Assembly (NCBI GenBank): GCA_043228905.1
Contig: JBHGNT010000021.1
Span: 3,162,001-3,226,000 of the forward strand
DNA: 64,000 nt
DNA from: Azolla caroliniana
Taxonomy: Eukaryota; Plantae; Polypodiophyta
Direction: 5' to 3'
The notes beneath the pieces are model-generated. The model did not search any database. It saw only the letters and a program-made list of their open reading frames with translations, and was not told where the DNA came from. This document shows, one piece after another, positions 56,736 to 64,000 of the stretch. Each line of letters begins with the position of its first letter. Positions within the stretch are counted from its first letter, which is position 1. The translations under genes were made by a program, and so were the position numbers.

Positions 56736-59089
56736 AATGTTCGATGCCCTTTTGGTTCATTGCCTTCAAATGTTGAGTGTAACGGACATGATTCACTCCT
56801 CATCTACGCTTAATTGCATCAAAGAGGATTAAGTCAATTGCATCTTATTTTGGAATTATGTGTGCTCTCTTTGTAAGAAAGGCTGAGGTTTTCAATTCTC
56901 AGACTTCAGTACTGATTCTTTTCTCATGTAATTTTATGCTTTACATGAAGAATGCAGCTTCTTTCTTTAGTTTTCTATAATTGAGTAGACCATATGTAGT
57001 CTCTTACTTGAATGAAAAATATGGTTCCGTTGTAAATTGTAATTATTGAATAGAGCATGGGTAGATTGTTTTGCAACATAAGACCTTTTTGTGCTTTACA
57101 TTTTGCATCAATGTGAACTAATCTTGTGATGATGTGTGTATTTATCAATACAAACAACACAAGAAGCAGTTAAATGGCTCTTTGAATTGCAATTGCTAAC
57201 AAAGACTCGATCCAAATATTTTCCTTGTATATTGTTTGATTGTATTTACACATCCAAAAAGGATTGAATGACATGTAATGAGATTGTTGGAATAGAAAAA
57301 CAAGTGAAGCCTCATGATGTCATCAAATTACCCATTTTTACCTATTATTGTGAAGAATGTTTGGAACCCTAGCATTTGCACCACAAATAGGTTATTAATA
57401 GTCATCAACTTTGTGTGAAGCTTCTAACAATGTTTAACAAATGAGCGTTTCTTTCTGGACAGTAACTTTGCAGCCATGTTTTGTAGGTGAATATTGATTA
57501 ATACGTTAAAAACCCCTAATAAATGGTGTATTTCTTGCCTTTTAGTGTTGAATTATGATTTGATTATCTAACACTAATTACAACAATGTGTTATTAGGTT
57601 CCAATATTCACCTAGGTTGTGCAATGCAAATGACTATAAAAGTATGTTTGGTAAGTACTTTTTGTTATCATAAATTTGATGTGTTTGAACATTTAAAAGC
57701 CTTCTATGGAAAGAAAACCTAGCTATGAAGCTTAATTTACTCTCCTTAACTTTTATAACATATTAAATTAGCAAGAAAACTTTGAATTTGAGATGATTCC
57801 AATAAAATTAGAAAAACATATTTGCATGGTATATTTGCCTTAGAAATGTGATTGTGGTAGAGGAATTTCAACATATTTCATAGTTGAGGCAAATCATTTA
57901 TTAGAATTCAACTTATACTAAAGAATAATAATGCACCGAATGACACCAACTTAATTGGCTTTCACCGAATCACAATTATGAGGGGAAAGCATGCATACTT
58001 CATTGTTGTATTATTTTGCACAATTATGGCTCTCTTTATTACGCCAATGTACTTTAGATTTTACACTCTCCTTGGCTTACCCTTCAGATCTTTGAGAGGG
58101 TCCATCAGATGACATATATACTTCATATTGTATTGTTCCCTACGCTTATGGTGCCTTTTATTATTTCCATGTGGTTTGGATTTTACATTTTCTTTGGCTT
58201 ATACCTAGCCGATACTTTGGCTTTTATTGTATTTCTCCCTACGATTATGTTGCTCTTTATTAATTTTGGGTGGTTTTGATTTATATTTTCTTTGGCTTTT
58301 ATCTAGTCAATACTTGATTTTACACTTTCTTCGTTTTTATCTAGTGGATAATTTGATTTTACACTCTATTTGGCTTGGATTTAAGAGCTTCCAGAGAGTT
58401 CATCATCCGGCATATATATTTCATGTTGTATTGTTCCCTAGGATAATGGTGCTCTTAACCTCTTTTTAGAAAGGCCTACAAATTGGAGTCGTGATAGTCC
58501 AGTCTTAACACAACCTAATACACATTATGCTTGCACCACATGCTTAATTTTGCAAACTCAAATTTTCATGTTATCCTTAGTTGGCAACAACTTGATCCTC
58601 CAAAATTTATTGATGTGTGTTGGTTGTCAACATGATGTATGATCATTCAAGGGCATGTCAATGTTGAACGCCCATATGGATGACAACACCGACGTCTTGG
58701 AGGTGTGTACATGTATTATAAACCTTTCATGCACAACATTTCTCGTTGTAGACAATTTGGGATACAAAATCACATTAGACATCATTTTTCTCACATTGCA
58801 ACATGTGCTTTGTGCATTCACAACGCTCTCAAAGCACAATGAAGTTCATGATCCATCAACGAAGTTCTTTAGTCGTTCAATTGTGCACGACCACCCACTT
58901 ACACAGTACATTTTTATTTTGCGCAATAGGCCTCTAGTACGTAGTCATTGTGTTTCGAACTCAACCCACTACTTTCTTTAATATTTGTAGGCATAGATTG
59001 ACCCATGTGTGATATTTGTGGTTTTCGACATCAGTAATATTCGAGAATACAAAATGACCTCAAGAATATTACAAAACCATTTGTTATTA

Positions 59090-59570
59090 TTATTATTATT
59101 ATTTATTTAAAAAACAAATATTTTTATATCTATTATATAAAAATATTATTAGTGTGAGGTCCCCTTTTTTAATGTCAAGACAATAAAAAAGTGGGGAATT
59201 AATGAACCTTTTATTTATTATTTATTATTTATTTGTTTATTAAAAATAAAACAAATACTTTTAAGTATTTCATCTATTATAAGAATATTACTAGTGTGAG
59301 GTCCCCTTTTTAATGTGAGATAGAATTATGAAATTTGATGGGAACCTTTTATTTAATTTTTGTTTTATTAAAAAATAAAACAAATACATTTAAGTTTTAT
59401 ATCTATTATAAAAATATTATTAGTGTGAGATCCCCTTTTTAATGTGAGATAAAAATATGAAATTTGATGGGAACCTTTTATTTATTTACATATTTTTTGT
59501 TTTATTTAAAAATAAAACAAATATATTTAAGTTATATATATATATATTATAAAAATATTATTAGTGTTAG
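59090..59570 (+). repeat. AT-rich ~125-140 bp tandem repeat, about 4 copies
   Basis: AAAACAAATA...TATTAT...AATATTA(T/C)TAGTGTGAG(G/A)TCCCCTTTTTAATGT recurs. Confidence 0.75.
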
Positions 59571-60319
59571 ATAACAATAACAATAACAATTTTTGTGGGA
59601 GAAAAAAAGAAAGAAAGATATATTAATGTCTTCTAAGGCCAAATTTGGCCCATGAGACAAATGGTTTACAAAAAATGGGATATTTACCCATTCATCGAAA
59701 GTTAAAAGTGGGGAATTAATGAACGTTTTATTTATTATTTATTAGTCTCATTATTAATGTGAAGTTAAATACCCCCTTTTTAATGTGAAAGTCTCTTTGT
59801 TATATGATATATCTAAGAAATTAAAAAGTATGAACTCTTTTCTTTCTTTTTCTTTTTTACAAATATTTTTCATTCATTCGTTTGGTAATTCCCACGAACG
59901 CGAATATGTCAATCTATGCTTGTAGGCTTTATACAGGTTAATGCACATTTGGTTTACTAGAGTCTAACTTGGAGCTTTTAAACAAGAGAAGTTCAAGAAT
60001 ACCCAAAAATTATGGAATATTTGCTTGAATACTCCTAGGGTCAGAAGATTTACTAGAATATCCACGTGTAATAGTAATGTTTATTCTACAAATGGCTATT
60101 ATTATGTATTGTAATTATAAAGAGCATATGGAAATTTTGACTACATCGGGATATTTTGATGATTTAGGAAACCAAAATGTTGAATAGAATAGAAGAGACT
60201 AATGCCACTACATCGGGGATGAATTGGATGTGATATAATCTTACAATCTTGAAGGGCATTTTATGGTTATCTAGTCTCAGAAGAAATGATGGTCATTGTT
60301 CCACGTGATTAATTTCATG

Positions 60320-63300
60320 AGATCAATTGTGAAGTATGGTCTACGTAGTAGCAAATGTATGTTGGAGAGGAAGAACCTTTGCCAAGAGTTCAAAACCCCT
60401 AGCTTTAGGGGGATCCTAGACATTTTGCTCTTGCAAGAGCACCATTTGAGTGCGAACAGAATCTTGAGTATTGGCAATCCTCTTACGGGGGATTGACATA
60501 CTTTTTGGTCCCCAACGCAAGGTGAGCATGGTAGAAAAGGGGTGTTTGTACATCTATCAAGAATAATCCAGATATTATTGTTGTGGGCCAAGGCACCATT
60601 GTGGAGGGACGCGCCATCTATGTGACTGTCAGATGGCAACAATGCATCACTGGAATAATAAATGTGTACGCGCCCAATTCGACAGCGATGCGAGCCCTTT
60701 TTTGGAAGCAATTGGCCGATGGCAGATGCATGGATCCTCGCAGGGGGTTTTAACGTGATTGTGCACACAGAGGACAAGGTGGGGGGGCATGCATATGGTG
60801 GTGCAGGGGTCAGAGTTACTTGCATGGGATTTGTGGATGGGCAGAATGGGAGTAAAAGATGCTTGGTATGTACTAAAAAAGCCTCAGAGCTCGCTATACT
60901 TCTCAAGAGCAGGCTGCAATATAAATGACTATTGTATGTCTCGCATAGACAGAATATACATAAGCTCGTAACTAGAAAAATATGGCAGCAATGTTGAAAT
61001 CATCGCAGGCTCAACTTAATCTGATCACATGCCAGTTACGATTACGTTGGTAAATCAGAGGCGGAAAAAAAGGGACTGCAATTTGAGGATTAGTAGTAAA
61101 CTTTTTGAGGATGTGGAGGTGGGAAGTAAGATAAGGAGTATATCGGAAAATAATCTAGCTGGTTGTGGTGCATTGGATAATCTTCGAGGAAAGATTATCG
61201 AAACCTCAAATTATTTGCATGAAGAGACTAAAAACAGAATTGTGAGGTCTAAGGAAAGAGAGGTGAGATTAAGAAGATCGATAACAGCTGGCCAAAGAAT
61301 GCTTCAGAAAAATCCCAAGTGTCAATGGTCGAGATCAGGTATGGAGGCTGTTAAAGAAACACTAAAACAGTTGATTGTGTCAAGAAATAAGATGGTATTC
61401 AGGAGTTCAACAGCTTGGTGGAGCAAGAATGGGGACAAGGTGAACCAACAATTTTTTAAGTTTAAAAAACCGAGCACAAACGGTAACTTCAATCCTAAAC
61501 TGATTAAGGAGGATGGTTCACTGTCAGAAGATGTATCGGAGATCATGGAGGCAGTCACATCTCACTATAGTGGGCTACTCTCAAATAGTTATAGTCTCCT
61601 AGACCAACCTTCATTGGCAGAATTTGTACTAGAGGGAATGCAACCAAGAATTTCAGAGGTTGCACAAGTTAAGTTGTCAGGGCCACTCTTGGAAGAGGAG
61701 GTGTCAGACGCTTTGGCAAGTATATGTCGTACGTCTTGTCCAGGCGTCGATGGATTATCAAAAGATTTTTTTGAAATTTTTTGGGAAGTAGTTAAGGTTG
61801 CCTTGTTTGCTTGACGAAATGAGGCATGGGATGATGGGTACCTTCCTGAGCATTTTAAAAAGGGACTAATATTTCTAATTCCTAAGGTAAAGGGTATAAT
61901 AACGGATGTGAGGCAATGGAGACCGATTACGTTTCTCAACACAATATATAAGATTTTTGCTAATATTCTGGCGAGGGTCAAACCCCACTTGTATGCGCTA
62001 ATTAATGTTAGACAAACAGGATTCATGGAAAATAGATGTATAATTGATAATGTGTTGACCTTTTGGGAGGCGATTGCCCTGGCAAAGAAAACCAATCAAC
62101 ATATTGCTGTCTCATGCTTGACTTCGAGAAGGCATATGACAGAGTACAGTGGCCTTTTTTAGACAAAGTCATGGAGCGGTTGGGACTACCCTCAAAATGG
62201 ATATCAGCTGCTTTGGCCCTTTACAAAGGAAGCTTGAGTAGGGTGTTGGTATTAGGGCAACGGGGCCCATCAATTCCATTATGCAAGTCTGTCAGGCAGG
62301 GGTGCCCGTTGGCCCCCTATCTTTATTTATTTATTTATTTCAGAGGCATTCTCTTTCTTTTTAAATAGACTGGATGCAGGAATTCAGGGATTGGTTGTCC
62401 CACATGCTTGCAAGGACTTGTTGGACTCCATGTATGTAGATGACACTATGCTCTATCTGCAAGGTAATGATGCTAATTTACAACAAGCTGAAAAACGGAT
62501 TGAGTTGTTTTGTAAAGCATCAGATGGGAAAATTAATTGGAACAAAAGTAGAGGGTTTTGGGTAAGTCCAAACTCATGGCCGCTTTGGCAACCTAATGCT
62601 GATTTTCAATGGGTCCCTAATGGAAGGGTTGTTAAATATTTGGGTTTTTTGGTGGGAGTAGAGATTCAGAAAAATCAGCAGCTTGAGCAAGTGAAAGACA
62701 AAATCAGAAAAAAGCTTCGGTTATGGGCATTAATAAAGCTTTCCCTTGCAGGTAGAGTGGTTGTGGTAAACCACATTTTGTTGGCCACCATGTGGCAGTC
62801 CTTGGCATGTTGGATGTTAGATAAAGATTGTATCAAAAATATTAAGGCAATGGTGAGAGGGTTCCTTTGGTCGGGTAGAGACCATGAGACGACGTCAGGT
62901 AAAGTGGCCTGGAATTGTTTGATCAAGGCAAAAACTCAAGGTGGACTAGGGATGGTGGATTCGGTTCACCAAAGTAAGGCTTTACTCGGTAAGCTCCTGG
63001 TGTGAAGTCTCCAACCTGGACCAGAATTGTGGAAATTGCTTCTTAGAGACAAAATCGAACTCTAGTGTCCGAGGAATGGGCCCTTGGAAGGCAAAGAAGT
63101 GGTGGTTGTTCAGTCTAGGACTAAAGTTAAAAGAACCTACTAGCATGGAGGAGTGGGCCGCACCATAATGAGGACCTGGTCAAGTTTAAGAGAGGGGTTG
63201 GTCTTAATACAGCAAAAAACGATGGAGGAACAACTCCATCAACCACTGTTTTGGAACCCCATGACTAGAAATAATGACGGTATGATGCTTGGCTAGAAAA

Positions 63301-64000
63301 AATACTTGCCATGGGGGTAAATGGTAGGGTACAACGTTAGTTCAGTAAGAGATTGGGAGGATTTCAAAAGGAAAAGAAGGGAGGGTCTGGTTGGGAGTCC
63401 TATGTTTATTGGCAAGCTGGAAAAGGTGACCCGTTTGATAGATAAGGCTATTGATGGTCTAGCTAGGCTGAATGAAGAAGACAGGGTTTGGTTTGGGTGG
63501 TTTGTAGATGAGGGCGATGCACAAATTATCCGAGGCAGGTGCCCATCTAATGAGTATTGTTTGTGGGCAACCTAAGTGTTGTGGCAGACAATAGCCAGTG
63601 GTTGGCAGTGTTGGAAGGTAAGAAGTGGCAAGTAAACTCGGACCCAGGGAAGCTGGAATCTGATTGTAAGGTTTGGATAGTTGACAACAAGCCCTTATGT
63701 GATTTGTATTGGGATCCACTAGAGGTGTGGTGGCAGAAACTGGGAACGGACAAACTGGAACGGTTTTCGAGTATACGACTAAGCTAGGAAGGCAAATCAT
63801 TGGCTCCAAATCGATGGGTGTTGCTCTAACTCGCAATAGTTGGAAGGATAAAGGCATTTCTGATGACTTGTTGAAGTCGTTTTGGAGGAGGCTATGGGCG
63901 TTCGATATGCCAGAAAAAATAAAGCTTTGGTTGTGGCTTCTTAGTCACAAAGCGGTACCGGTGGGGGAGTGGCTTAGGTGTTATGGCGGTGAGGCTGGTT
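60320..64000 (+). mobile_element. L1/Tx1-type LINE ORF2, decayed; runs off the right edge
   Basis: AP endonuclease motifs (ILLLQEHH, INVYAPN, SRIDRIYIS, SDHMPV) and RT motifs (WRPITFLNTIYKI, LDFEKAYDRV, SVRQGCPLAP, YVDD, KYLG, LSLAGRVV, GGLG) are spread over several frames with stops. Confidence 0.95.

Noticed and set aside
58560-59060. Possible decayed transposase fragment
   Set aside because: All frames examined are interrupted and I could not recognise any motif.

Overview
Eukaryotic, intron-rich land-plant nuclear DNA, probably a non-seed plant such as a fern (an impression from gene density and protein divergence, not proven). Seven protein-coding genes can be supported. They are a DCD-domain protein (partial, -), an intronless KNOLLE/SYP11-type syntaxin (+), a short BAP31-like ER protein (+), replication factor C subunit RFC4 (-), an intronless universal stress protein (+), a ~16-exon LRR + alpha/beta-hydrolase gene spanning ~29 kb (-), and an EXPERA/TMEM97-like protein (+). 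A decayed L1-type LINE fills the right end. The two giant introns of the LRR-hydrolase gene (14.1 kb and 8.7 kb) are packed with nested mobile DNA. This includes a disrupted Copia element, Gypsy-like remnants, a foldback element, three TGTCG...ACA elements flanked by (A/C)CGT (Ginger/GingerRoot-like), and a long-TIR family whose copies are joined end-to-end, like arm to like arm (head-to-head, tail-to-tail). The most novel-looking signals are this end-matched inverted concatemer of long-TIR elements, the ACGT-flanked element family, and the LRR-hydrolase architecture. All coordinates and exon boundaries were read by eye and may be off by a few bases.
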